DNA of 63,790 nt, filler included, from Octopus bimaculoides (GCF_001194135.2; 8 parts of 8 records of this genome joined end to end with filler, not necessarily neighbours in it), one strand, 5' to 3'. Shown: positions 11,870 to 25,217, counted from the first letter of the whole stretch. The notes: generated from the sequence alone by a model not told the origin. Program-made: numbers and translations.

Positions 11870-13410
11870 GTTCACATGAAAACAGAAATACCAAAATTAC
11901 ACACTGTTTCTTTGTGGATGATATAAAACTTTATGCAAAATATATGCATGTGATGAAAAAAGCCTTGACCTAGTTAAAACATTATCAAAGTATGTAGGAT
12001 TGGAGTTTGGTCAGGATGAATGTTGTTATATGACTGTGAAAACGGGGGAAAACTATAAACCAGACTAGTAACATCTCCATTAATGATTTTACTGTTTTCG
12101 CTCTATTTGACGACGAATGTTACAGGTATCTAGGGATGGACAAAAATATATTTTACAGTGGCACCTGTAACAAAACACGTGTCACTGAAGAATTTTTTTT
12201 TTTTGCCTTTAACCCTCCAACGCGGAGTATAAGCCACTTATAATTGAATTCCATGTCGCATAATTTTTCACTTCGGTACTTATACTCTGCCACGAGTTCT
12301 TAGGCCTACCCCTCTTTCTATATCCATCCGGATTCCACTGTAAAGCACTTTTCGCTACATTTGGTGTGTCTTTTCTAATTGTGCTACCAATCCACTTCCA
12401 CTTTTTCTTAAATATCTGCTCCCTAATCGAAACATGATTCGTTCTTTGCCATAGCTCCATATTGCTTATATGTTCGGGCCATCTAATTTTAAGTATACTA
12501 CGCAAGCACCTGTTGATAAAGGATTGTATTTGCTTATTTGACTTAACTGCTGTTCGCCATATCTCAGCCCCATACAATAACATCGCTTTTACGTTAGTGT
12601 TAAAAATTCTTATTTTGTTCTTTATTGAAATTACACTTGCGCTCCATACTTTTTTAACAGATGAAAAGCGGTCCTTACCTTACTTATTCTCGTCTTAATA
12701 TCTTCGTCGGTGCCACCTGAGAACGTTATCTTACTACCTAAATACGTAAACTCGGCTACATCCTCTAGTTCACCGGTTTCTAATTTAATACGTTTGCTGT
12801 TTTCTTCATTAACGCGCATAATTTTTGATTTGTCGCGGATACAGAAGCTCTAGAAGATCTCGACTTTGCAGATGATATAGCGCTACATTCACAAACATAT
12901 AGCCAAATGCAAAATAAAACGCCAAAATTAGAAGCAATAGCTGCCAAACTAGGATTGAAAGTCAACCGCGACAAATCAAATATTATGCGCGTTAATGAAG
13001 AAAACTGAAGAATATTACAGCCGAATAAAGAAAATTTGGACCTCAGAACTTTCTGCATTCAATAAAACAGTTGCCCACAATTTGTTTGCAGTGCCAGTGC
13101 TCATACCAACATTTGGGCTCTTTGATTGAACGCTTGATGAGATCCGAGCCATTAATGCGAAAACCCGAAAAATGCTAACGAGCACACATAATTTCCACAT
13201 AAACAGTAATGTAGACCACCTCTACATAAAACGAAAACAAGGCGGAAGAGGCTCAGCATCGATCCAAAATGCCTTTGAATGTCGTATCATATCTCTTCGG
13301 CAACACCTTTCAATTACCAAGTGTCGAATTGCATCCCTTGACCAAGTTTGCATACATGAGGCTGATAGCATCATAAAACCTGGAAGGCAGCTGCAAATTC
13401 ATCAAACTTA
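11870..13410 (+). mobile_element. R4/Dong-clade (RLE) non-LTR retrotransposon RT relic, interrupted by an RTE insertion
   Basis: Broken frames translate to THCFFVDDIKLYAK, LEFGQDEC, YRYLG, KTRVTEEYYSRIKKIWTSELSAFNKTVAHNLFAVPVL and KTRKMLT..HINSNVDHLYIKRKQGGRG. These motifs are recalled as typical of R4-clade RT. Confidence 0.75.
12194..13005 (-). mobile_element. RTE-clade LINE 3' fragment with 5' inversion and 10-bp TSD
   Basis: The minus strand encodes EFTYLGSKIT, LLYGAEIW, RCLRSILKIRWP and KRGRPKNSW, with a T-run tail at 12193-12204. The upstream RT segment (LEDLDFADDIAL..GLKVNRDKS) is on the plus strand at 12850-13005. TSD ACTGAAGAAT is at 12184-12193 and 13004-13013. Confidence 0.9.
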
Positions 13411-13728
13411 GAGTACCATATCTATAGGATAAATAACCGTAATCTGCGACGGAGGTTAGTCAGCACTCAAAATAACCTTCGTGATATTAACCATAACTCA
13501 TACGACCAGCCTAAAGACAACGTTTACAATTCATATTATACTACTAATCAACAGGGCAATACTTACAATATCCATGACAACCATCCTAAAAACAACACCA
13601 GCAACAATTCAAATAATGAACTGAGAACACCAAGTAATAATAAAACGATAATAGTGACAACCAAAATATCGAAAAGAAGCAATCCCTCCAGCGCTCGATG
13701 TACACAAACCACCAAAATCAAACCGTTA

Positions 13729-13970
13729 TGCTCATGTAGAGATAGATCCAATTGCCCTTTGGATAACCAATGTATGATTAAGAATGTCGAATACAAGTGC
13801 ACTATAAACATTCGAGGAGACCCCTACGTATAAGTCGGGGCATCAGGCGATTGTTTCAAAAATCGATACCGCAACCACATTGCTAGCTTTCGAAATATCC
13901 TCAAACTACATGTAACATCACTGGCCGATTTTATCTGGCGACTGAAGGAAGCAAAGAAAAAATACGATTT
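13729..13970 (+). mobile_element. Penelope-like element GIY-YIG endonuclease relic
   Basis: Translates to CSCRDRSNCPLDNQCMIKNVEYKC..YV*VGASGDCFKNRYRNHIASFRN..TSLADFIWRLKE with one stop, matching the Penelope-type Cys-rich linker plus GIY-YIG pattern. Confidence 0.8.
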
Positions 13971-14713
13971 TACATATATATACATATTACATATGTGTAA
14001 AAATATCTCATCACGCAATCGAAGCAATGAAAAAGCCTCTACCTGGTCGCTAAACACGCTAAAAATAGCAGTTAAAGTCACGCGGGAATTGTATGTATTG
14101 TCCCAGATTATCCCTAAAAAGACGGTTAGCTGAAGGCTGGAATGTCTTTGATGATACGCTTGCAGTATCAGGTTTTATTTCAGGCTAAATAACAACATCA
14201 TTATGGTTAATTTCTATATTAACATCCGCACAATTTTCACAAAGAAAAAAAATTTGATTTTTTGTGTGGAATCAAGTACCCTGACTTCCTAATATGATGC
14301 AAATTCTTTATTTTGGTTGGGAAAAAATAAAGGGGCTCCCCCTCCCCCAATCCCGAAATCATTGGAAATTTTTTTCGTTGAATAAATTTTTGTGACCTAA
14401 TATTGCAAAGTTAGGTTACTTAAAGTAAGCCTGGTAACTGATGGTTTTGGGATCTTGTTGTTTGTAACTTTTGGTGAGCCATGGTGCAACCAACAAGGTA
14501 AAATCCGTGCCATTAATTTGGTGTGGATGGGTAATATCAAATAATTCAGTCACAACATATATTTAAATTAAACACGAAAAAATTTTAATATTATCATCAC
14601 TTACATGGAAAAATTGAAATATTATCTTTCAATATTTTATAAGGTAAAATCTTGAATTATTAATTGACACATTATTAATTATCTTACAACAGCAATGCCT
14701 GGAAAACTCAGGA

Positions 14714-15232
14714 ATTACATGGAAAAATGCGAGCATGAAAAGTCATATTCTTAAGTTTATAAACCTGGAAAAGTACAGGACAGGTTATTACACCTGTAAA
14801 AGTATAGAACAAGCTATTACTTCTAGTAAAGTAAAGAATAAGAATCATTTTACTTAAAATATTGCAGCTAAAATTAAAATTTTAATATTAAAACGTATTT
14901 TATTATAGGTTACAAATAACACTATACTTATTTAAGTAGAATTTGGCTACTATACTACCTTAAATACAGAAAAAAGTGACTAATTAGACAAACTTACAAA
15001 TTAGCTAAACAGTTTTGTACAATAAATTTAAAAGGTGAGAACTCTAAAGAGTGATAAATTAGAAGAACTGGCATTCTTTGATGCAATATTTTAAGTAAAA
15101 AGTTTCTTATTCTTTACTTTACTAGAAGTAATAGCTTGTGCTATACTTCTACATGTGTAATAACTTGTCTTGTACTTTTCTAGGTTTATAATCTTAAGAA
15201 TATGACCTTTCATGCTCGCGTTTTTCCATGTA

Positions 15233-15234
<2 letters not shown>
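14714..15234. repeat. Long foldback inverted repeat (152-bp arms)
   Basis: 14714-14865 versus the reverse complement of 15083-15234 is about 90% identical by eye, with a 217-bp spacer. Confidence 0.9.
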
Positions 15235-15300
<66 letters not shown>

Positions 15301-16231
15301 NNNNNNNNNNNNNNNNNNNNNNNNNNNNNNNNNNNNNNNNNNNNNNNNNNNNNNNNNNNNNNNNNNNNNNNNNNNNNNNNNNNNNNNNNNNNNNNNNNNN
15401 NNNNNNNNNNNNNNNNNNNNNNNNNNNNNNNNNNNNNNNNNNNNNNNNNNNNNNNNNNNNNNNNNNNNNNNNNNNNNNNNNNNNNNNNNNNNNNNNNNNN
15501 NNNNNNNNNNNNNNNNNNNNNNNNNNNNNNNNNNNNNNNNNNNNNNNNNNNNNNNNNNNNNNNNNNNNNNNNNNNNNNNNNNNNNNNNNNNNNNNNNNNN
15601 NNNNNNNNNNNNNNNNNNNNNNNNNNNNNNNNNNNNNNNNNNNNNNNNNNNNNNNNNNNNNNNNNNNNNNNNNNNNNNNNNNNNNNNNNNNNNNNNNNNN
15701 NNNNNNNNNNNNNNNNNNNNNNNNNNNNNNNNNNNNNNNNNNNNNNNNNNNNNNNNNNNNNNNNNNNNNNNNNNNNNNNNNNNNNNNNNNNNNNNNNNNN
15801 NNNNNNNNNNNNNNNNNNNNNNNNNNNNNNNNNNNNNNNNNNNNNNNNNNNNNNNNNNNNNNNNNNNNNNNNNNNNNNNNNNNNNNNNNNNNNNNNNNNN
15901 NNNNNNNNNNNNNNNNNNNNNNNNNNNNNNNNNNNNNNNNNNNNNNNNNNNNNNNNNNNNNNNNNNNNNNNNNNNNNNNNNNNNNNNNNNNNNNNNNNNN
16001 NNNNNNNNNNNNNNNNNNNNNNNNNNNNNNNNNNNNNNNNNNNNNNNNNNNNNNNNNNNNNNNNNNNNNNNNNNNNNNNNNNNNNNNNNNNNNNNNNNNN
16101 NNNNNNNNNNNNNNNNNNNNNNNNNNNNNNNNNNNNNNNNNNNNNNNNNNNNNNNNNNNNNNNNNNNNTGAAAAGAACCCAATGCTTTAGCGTAAATATC
16201 AATGCATGTGTGCGTGCGCGCGCGCGTGTGC

Positions 16232-16270
<39 letters not shown>

Positions 16271-16869
16271 TGTGTGTGTGTGTGTGTGTGTGTGCTTCTG
16301 TGTGCGTTTTGCGAGTCTGTGTATCTATGCTTGCCTACATGTATGAATGGGTAGCAATAAGCATTCAAACCAAGTGTGCAATATCTTACGTGAGCTGCTT
16401 GTTGGTCGCTCAATAAGAAACGATCTCAGCGTAGACTACTGAAAATTAATTAACATCTAGAATGATGTGAAAATTAATTAACGTCTAGCTTAGATTCAGT
16501 AATGATGCATATCTGAAATATCTTCTATCCCTGAAGGGTTTATCTCACAATTGTTCAGATCTGAAGTACTTTGAGGATGTGAAGTAGGAACTTAATCTTC
16601 AAGATACGTTTGTAGTGGCCATGAATGTGTATGCGTTATTGTGGAGTTTGCACTTGTGAAATTTATGAATATATCAGCTTCTGTTTGTTCATTAGTTACG
16701 AATATGTTATGTTGAATGTTTGTTCCTTATACAAGCATACGTTGTTGTTGTTGTCGTTAAATTTCAAACCGGTACATATTAAGCAGGCATGTGATCGAAG
16801 ATACGACAGATGTGACAGACCCATCGTTTTGTTTCTATACATAGGATATCTCGGGCGGCATTATCCAAT

Positions 16870-17110
16870 GGACCCATAGCTGTTTTATGTAAGGGCAGTC
16901 TGATCAAGTGCCACATCGATGCAAAGACTTGAGAAAAGTTAGCTGAAGACAGAACAGCATGGAAAACTTCAGTGACCAATCGAGTCAAACAACTCGAAAA
17001 AGAAAACATGCTGGCACTCGAAGTAAAACGTCAAAGAAACAAAGACAGCACTTTGCAGTCCTGCAGTATCTTCATCGCTTGTAGATTTTGCAGCAGAACT
17101 TGCTCATGAA
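16870..17110 (+). mobile_element. RTE (BovB-like) LINE C-terminal relic
   Basis: Translates to LIKCHIDAKT*EKLAEDRTAWKTSVTNRVKQLEKE..KRQRNK..CRFCSRTC, the recalled RTE ORF C-terminus. Confidence 0.65.
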
Positions 17111-17838
17111 ATATAGGAAGGGTCAGACATAAAAGAAGCTGCAAGTAGTAAACTACGTGTACCTAATTAAGACATTCTCCGCCGCTTAGACCGTCTTGCA
17201 AGACGTAATGAGCTGTTTACAATACTTAACTTAAAACGTCTGAATTTTAAACGAGTCAAGACGTTGAGGGCGATTCGACTGCCAAGGCTATCATATCAGA
17301 CGTTCATTTAGAGTCTCCCTGTTTCGCGGCCATTTTCATATATGCAATGACTGAACCTTGGGTTAAAATTCTCGGGCTCCAGTGATGTATTTATGTTGCG
17401 AGGTATCTACATCAGGTGTGGACGATATCCGGGCTCGACGACGAGGTGGAAAGGATGTAGATATTGCAAATAACCTAATGTTAGTTTGTTCATACATATA
17501 TACATTCCGAAAATTCTCCATCTGCAATTCTCATGTAAATAGATGCACGTACTTAAGTGTGTGCATTGGCAGTTCAACCAACACACCCATTCAACCACAT
17601 ATTTACAAAAACCAGGAAATCTTTTAACTCAAAAAGTCTCGTCGCTTTGCTAGCGACAGGTTTGAACACTCTCAAAAGGAACTTAAATTAAATTCAAAAA
17701 GAAATCATACTTACACACACACACACACATACACACACATACACACATACATACATAGACTCATACATGCATATATATGATATATATTTATACGCATACA
17801 TATATATATACATGCATATATATACATGTATATATACG

Positions 17839-17884
<46 letters not shown>

Positions 17885-19167
17885 TCATACATATATACAC
17901 ATATATACATATATGTATACATAAATATATATGTATATTTATATATGTATATATACATACATTCGTACATACATACATACATTTGATAGTTTGAACTAAT
18001 GGGTATATGTCAATTAATGTGTTGAAGTGTTGAGTAAAGCACCGGCACAGTTTGGGCTATCTGGTGTCATCGGCACTCAGGATATATTTCTGTTGGATCT
18101 GCTTCAGGAACTCAGCAGTGTTACTTGAGGTAATAATAATAATTTTTTAAGTAACGAGAAGATGGATTTGGTATTAATCTTTATTTTGTACAACGGTCGT
18201 TCAGATCCATCCTGCTACTGCCTCTTATGGGTGGGACTCCGTTCAATATGTTGTGCTGCATCAAGTTTGCAATATGGAACTCATCAGGTACAGCCATACG
18301 TAAAATTGTGTCTCGCTAAAGATCCTAAGTTTTGGCTGTCATTTTATTATACGCCAGTCTGGTTAGGGAATGAAACATCACTACAATTTTCAGTTACTAT
18401 TGCGTTCAGCAAGTGACCTATACGAACGTACTTAAATACATGTAGCGTTCTCATTTGGTCCTTCCTCGATGTAGGCATGACGGTCGCAGTTCATGAAGTT
18501 TATATATGTACTTGTATGAATATGCAAATATATCATTTCGCTTAGGCATAGCGATACTAATGGCCAGTTGTTAGAACTCATATACTTTGCAGAAAAACGA
18601 TAAATGAGTACACAGCGTAGAATTAGTTAACGGATAACAAACGGCCTGGGGTTTCGTAATCACTTTCCCTAGCTAAGAGCTGTTTTCTGTTGTACGAAGC
18701 ATTTCACGAAGAACTGACTGCTTGTACAACATGTTATCGCTTCCACGGGGCCATTTCAATCGAGGGTATGTTTATTTCGGAAAACACTTAAATATATAGA
18801 GTTGCTTACACTCTGAATCAACAATTTAATACGATTTGAGAATGAAAATTCCCACACAAATATCCAAATACGTATGCATTCACCAAATCTGGTAATAAAC
18901 AAACATATAGTTATGTACACATGCACGAATATACTTTAACTTTTATTGTTTCAGTCATTAGACTGCGGCCATGCTGGAGCTCCGCCTTGAAGAATTTGAA
19001 GTCAAATTTCTCGACCCCAGTACTTATACGTTGTTAAGACTGTTTACATATTCTATCATACCTTTTGCAGAACCTCAACGTTGGTGAGAGAGGCAAACAC
19101 AGACACAAAGACCCCGCCCCGCACCCCGCCACACACACACACATACTTACATACATATATACATACA

Positions 19168-19221
<54 letters not shown>

Positions 19222-19978
19222 GGAGTAAGCACATGAAATGTGCAACAAGGTGGAAAAAAGAGTACTCAAATACCAGAGGTAGAGTAATATGCTNNNNNNN
19301 NNNNNNNNNNNNNNNNNNNNNNNNNNNNNNNNNNNNNNNNNNNNNNNNNNNNNNNNNNNNNNNNNNNNNNNNNNNNNNNNNNNNNNNNNNNNNNNNNNNN
19401 NNNNNNNNNNNNNNNNNNNNNNNNNNNNNNNNNNNNNNNNNNNNNNNNNNNNNNNNNNNNNNNNNNNNNNNNNNNNNNNNNNNNNNNNNNNATATGGTGC
19501 CGTGCCGTCAGAAATGACAGTTAATTGTAGTATTTTAAATATAAAAAAAGGTACAAAACCAGGTTTTTAGTTTAACAATTCTTTTATTACCAATATTTTT
19601 GTCAAAAATCTAGCTGCAACTAACTGTTTGTTTCCTTCAAAAGAATTTTAAAGTTTTCTTTCCTTCTTGTACGACTTAAGGCCACATAGAGCTGACTAAA
19701 TGCAGGTGCTGGCAAGGAAATATCAAATTAATACACTTCTCAATGCTATCTAGTGGTTGTATTTTGAGATATTACATCGATCATCGTTAGTTACTAAAAG
19801 AACGCTGGTTAGTTTACGTATAGTTACTGAAACAACACCGGGTAAAAATAATTATTACATACACACACATCTACACAAACATTTACATAAACAGACTCAT
19901 TAGAGAAAATAATTATAACAAGCACACACATGTGTGTAAGTATGTGTATGCGCGTGTATGTATGTGTATGTGTGTGAG

Positions 19979-20023
<45 letters not shown>

Positions 20024-20384
20024 GTGCATATGTATACATTTATATGTATGAGTAGCACATCTGTAGCAAACGCGGTTTTGTCACAGCCCACTTCCTTCGT
20101 TATTAAGCGTGTCCGTTTATAAATGCATGTGTGTGTGAATGCGAGTGTATCTGTAATTCTATTTCCTATGTATCTTTCAAAATAAACACACAAACACATA
20201 TACACTCACTCAAATATTATACATAAATATATTTTACAGAAACACACATATACACATATACACACATGCCACTTCCATCGGTGGATATGTAAATACTTTT
20301 GCATAATTTACACACATTTACATAATCATAACAACCAATGTATGTAGCCAATTCGCTATACATATAGACACACAGACGCCGTTC

Positions 20385-20590
20385 AGTTTGTCATCAGCCC
20401 TTCCTTCGTCAGTCATCTCTTGTGACGGACAGAAACACTAAAGAATTATACGACGGACTTTTGTTTTCCTCTACCAAATCCACTCGTAAGGCTTTGGTCG
20501 GCCCGAGCTTTCAGTAGAAAGCACTCAGCCAAAGTTCCACGCAGTGGAACTGAACCCTGAGACATGGCGTTGTGAAGCAAAGTTATCAAA
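20385..20590 (-). mobile_element. SINE family A 5' half, degraded
   Basis: Contains CCAAATCCACTCGTAAGGCTTTGGTCGGCCCG, matching other family A copies. Confidence 0.65.
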
Positions 20591-20936
20591 CAGCCACGCC
20601 TTCACCCATGAGTAACACGAACTATCGTGTCGTTCTTGTGCAGATATACGCACAAACTTACAGAAGTTCAGATTTATAGATTTCCATATTAATACAAAAT
20701 GTATAACATAGAAACATTTGATACGAAATATATAAATTGGAAACATAGACGTATATTCAACCAGATGAACTCAGATATAAAAGTATGGAGAAAGATTAAT
20801 AGACTATTGCAAGAAATTGATCTATGTATATGCATTTATTAACACGGAAGATGCTTTATCTTCATATTTCTCACTTAATCGCATTGCGTAGATATGAAAC
20901 AAGATAATTTAGCTGAAATTATGAAAGTAACATGAC

Positions 20937-20984
<48 letters not shown>

Positions 20985-21165
20985 ACCCCAAAAACCCTGG
21001 CCGCCCATCGTCTCCGCCTGCAACTGCCCCACGCAACTCGTCTCTAAATACATCGAACACTACAGAGACCTTCGACATAACCCCCAACCTGACACGTCCA
21101 CACTACTTCGTCTGGTCGAACTTGTTCTCTCCCTCAACAGCTTCTCGCTCGCGGGGGAGTTATAT
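20985..21165 (+). mobile_element. Penelope-like reverse transcriptase relic (internally deleted)
   Basis: Translates to KNPGRP/IVSACNCPTQLVSKYIE joined to RHNPQPDTSTLLRLVELVLSLNSFSLAGE, which are recalled Penelope RT motifs. Confidence 0.7.
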
Positions 21166-22407
21166 ATATATANNNNNNNNNNNNNNNNNNNNNNNNNNNN
21201 NNNNNNNNNNNNNNNNNNNNNNNNNNNNNNNNNNNNNNNNNNNNNNNNNNNNNNNNNNNNNNNNNNNNNNNNNNNNNNNNNNNNNNNNNNNNNNNNNNNN
21301 NNNNNNNNNNNNNNNNNNNNNNNNNNNNNNNNNNNNNNNNNNNNNNNNNNNNNNNNNNNNNNNNNNNNNNNNNNNNNNNNNNNNNNNNNNNNNNNNNNNN
21401 NNNNNNNNNNNNNNNNNNNNNNNNNNNNNNNNNNNNNNNNNNNNNNNNNNNNNNNNNNNNNNNNNNNNNNNNNNNNNNNNNNNNNNNNNNNNNNNNNNNN
21501 NNNNNNNNNNNNNNNNNNNNNNNNNNNNNNNNNNNNNNNNNNNNNNNNNNNNNNNNNNNNNNNNNNNNNNNNNNNNNNNNNNNNNNNNNNNNNNNNNNNN
21601 NNNNNNNNNNNNNNNNNNNNNNNNNNNNNNNNNNNNNNNNNNNNNNNNNNNNNNNNNNNNNNNNNNNNNNNNNNNNNNNNNNNNNNNNNNNNNNNNNNNN
21701 NNNNNNNNNNNNNNNNNNNNNNNNNNNNNNNNNNNNNNNNNNNNNNNNNNNNNNNNNNNNNNNNNNNNNNNNNNNNNNNNNNNNNNNNNNNNNNNNNNNN
21801 NNNNNNNNNNNNNNNNNNNNNNNNNNNNNNNNNNNNNNNNNNNNNNNNNNNNNNNNNNNNNNNNNNNNNNNNNNNNNNNNNNNNNNNNNNNNNNNNNNNN
21901 NNNNNNNNNNNNNNNNNNNNNNNNNNNNNNNNNNNNTTCCATTTTGTGAAGTTAACAATAAGTGTGTTTTTAATGGACGAATTCTAAGACAATTTTTTTT
22001 GGTCTCTTCTTCTTTCAAGTGTTTACGAAGCAACTTATTTTTCTTTTGTTTTGTTTTGTTTTTGTTGTTTTCTTTTTTAGTTTTCATGTAAAGTTAACAA
22101 TGACTGTGAACTTTCAGATTCTTAGAAAATATATTTTTATTTTATTTATTTATTTAATGTCTCCTGTTCTTCTTCCACATTAGTATTCTTGGATAGTGTA
22201 AAATGACATTTCGTGAACAATAACACCATACGCTACGGTTTTCAAGCGGATCAATCAGTGACTCAGAGTATTTTTTTAGGGGAATAGTGAGAAAGGATTG
22301 TCTGTGTAATTTGGGTTGCACAAATAACACGCTGGATATTATTTATTTTTTAAATCAATATTTTTTTTTCGAATCTTCGCACCACTTATATCTATATATC
22401 TATCTTA

Positions 22408-22462
<55 letters not shown>

Positions 22463-23093
22463 NNNNNNNNNNNNNNNNNNNNNNNNNNNNNNNNNNNNNN
22501 NNNNNNNNNNNNNNNNNNNNNNNNNNNNNNNNNNNNNNNNNNNNNNNNNNNNNNNNNNNNNNNNNNNNNNNNNNNNNNNNNNNNNNNNNNNNNNNNNNNN
22601 NNNNNNNNNNNNNNNNNNNNNNNNNNNNNNNNNNNNNNNNNNNNNNNNNNNNNNNNNNNNNNNNNNNNNNNNNNNNNNNNNNNNNNNNNNNNNNNNNNNN
22701 NNNNNNNNNNNNNNNNNNNNNNNNNNNNNNNNNNNNNNNNNNNNNNNNNNNNNNNNNNNNNNNNNNNNNNNNNNNNNNNNNNNNNNNNNNNNNNNNNNNN
22801 NNNNNNNNNNNNNNNNNNNNNNNNNNNNNNNNNNNNNNNNNNNNNNNNNNNNNNNNNNNNNNNNNNNNNNNNNNNNNNNNNNNNNNNNNNNNNNNNNNNN
22901 NNNNNNNNNNNNNNNNNNNNNNNNNNNNNNNNNNNNNNNNNNNNNNNNNNNNNNNNNNNNNNNNNNNNNNNNNNNNNNNNNNNNNNNNNNNNNNNNNNNN
23001 NNNNNNNNNNNNNNNNNNNNNNNNNNNNNNNNNNNNNNNNNNNNNNNNNNNNNNNNNNNNNNNNNNNNNNNNNNNNNNNNNNNNNNNNNNNNN

Positions 23094-23129
<36 letters not shown>

Positions 23130-23234
23130 CATGTATGTGTATATATGACCAGATTTTATGTTTTGTTTTATGTATGTATTCTCATGCATATAGTTGCATA
23201 TCTAGACATGCATATATATACATAAGTGATAAAC

Positions 23235-23520
23235 TTGTGGAAAGGTTTACAGATGTTGACAGTTCCAGTAATGGATTGCATCTCTAGTCTTCGAATGAAG
23301 TTTCTCCTTTCTGGTTTTGAGAAGCCCAATCTCTCAAGATTGATATTTGAACAGTGTGTTACATATCCCAGTGCACTAATAATCACAAGCAGGAAACTAA
23401 GTTGTAATCTGGATAGAGTAACTACAAATTTATTTAATGTATCGATTGTCACATTTTGCTGCTTTTCCTGCATCTCTGTCCAGGTATATGGTGGATATTT
23501 CATGTTCTTGGATTTCAAAT
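23235..23520 (-). mobile_element. R4-type LINE C-terminal (restriction-like endonuclease tail) relic
   Basis: The ORF contains VIISALGYVT..NLERLGFSKPERRNFIRRLEMQSITGTVNICKPFHKF, a recalled RLE-LINE C-terminus. Confidence 0.6.
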
Positions 23521-23659
23521 GCTACCCTTCAAAGTGGGGTCGGTATTAATCCCGTTGTTGATCTCGATAGACTGCTTTGATTATTAATGATATTATCATA
23601 TCGGATATGTGTATGTACGTATGTATGTGTGTATCTATGTATGTATGTATGTATGTATG

Positions 23660-23693
<34 letters not shown>

Positions 23694-24309
23694 TACCCTA
23701 GTGGAGCTCTAATTCAGGAGTTTTAGGATGTTATGGAGTGTGGTAGAAACTCTTAGCCACTATTGTTTGCAGGTCTATTCTCATTCAGAATGGTAGCACT
23801 TGTCAAATACCTATCTAGCATACATACTAACATAAGATCTCAGCACGGCGACGTAGAAAAACACTTAACTGGTGTCAAAGTGCGCAGTGAAACCCCTAGT
23901 GGTGAGGAACCCTAGCTATTGTTACAGCATCCTCCTTTGAGGGAAACTTTGAAGTAACATCTGTGGTTTCACGTGATTACTGAATCATTTCAATTAGGCC
24001 AGTAATTAGGCAATAATCATGGGGAATGAGAGAGTGGTACTCGTTTATGACCATAATCCAATGTCGTACAAGATGTTTCTTTATGGTGATCTCATTTGTC
24101 CTTCCATCTACTGAAATTCCTATGATAGAAATGCATAGAAGGTGATAGGTTTACTCTGCTCCTTATGCTCCAAACCATGCAGGTCTGCAATGGGACAGGA
24201 GTGTCGTCTGATAGATGGATGGAAAGTCAGAAATATTATAGACAAACAATGAAGCACAAGGGGAGGAAAATCATCAGTGAAGATGGAGCAATCACTATGT
24301 ATGTATGTA

Positions 24310-25217
24310 CGAGGGGATGCCCAAAAGTAACCGGAAACGTTCTCTGTGGGACATGCCCGTTGGAGATCAGGTTTCCACCACTAGAAGCGACTTGATGTCA
24401 TCATGAGGCATCAGTATACCGACCAGCGTTGTCGAGTGTAGTGCTAATTCCACGTAGTGTGTCTTTGTTTTGCAGTGCTTTTCCCCTCTTCGTCGATTTT
24501 TTGCGATGGCTGAAATGAACGAAAACCGTGCTGCTGATAAATTCTGTTTTCAGCAGGGGAAAACGGCTGTCGAAACAGTTGTCAAGCTTCAAACAGCTTA
24601 CAAGGACACTGCCTTGAGCAAAACACAAGTTTACGAGTGGTTTTTCAATATGTAGGAACAGCTATTTGTCGCTAGAAAACTAACCTCATTCAGGGCGTCC
24701 GTCGACCTCCTGAACGAATGAAAACATCTTGAAAATTCATGAACCGACGACCTTCGAGGATCGTCACTGAACAATTGAAAGAACGTGATAATATGACTGC
24801 TGTGTCCTGGAGATCCTACCAACGAATTTTGAGCGAGGAATTGCGAATGAAAAGAGTTGTAGCAAAATTTGTGCCTCGCTTGCTCACAGATCAAAAGCAG
24901 TCACGAATAAATGCGTGTCGTAAACTGAAATAACAGTTGGAATTTGATCCAGACCCTTTTTCGAAGGTCACCACTGGTAATGAAAGCTGGTACGACGCAA
25001 TTTGCAGATGTAGAACAGGTGAAGAAAACAACGACGGAGCCGTTAATAGGCTTCACTTTGCAAGAGATCCAGCACTGCTTCCAACAATGCAAAACGCGTC
25101 TGGATCAATGCATTGCTCCAAATGGAGAATACTTTGGAGTCGGTAAAAGTGTAAACATGTAAAACTGGGTGAATAAAATAATATTGCAAAACTCCGGTTT
25201 CTTTTGGATACTCACAT
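24310..25217 (+). mobile_element. Mariner-family DNA transposon, internally deleted and frameshifted
   Basis: Left end TA-CGAGGGGATGCCCAAAAGTAACCGG, with a degenerate right TIR at about 25193-25217. Peptides include KFCFQQGKTAVET..ALSKTQVYEWF, KFVPRLLT, VTTGNESWY and CIAPNGEYF. Confidence 0.85.

Noticed and set aside
17390-17478. Short imperfect hairpin (TATCTACATC / GATGTAGATA)
   Set aside because: A 10-bp stem is compatible with chance, and there is no other support.
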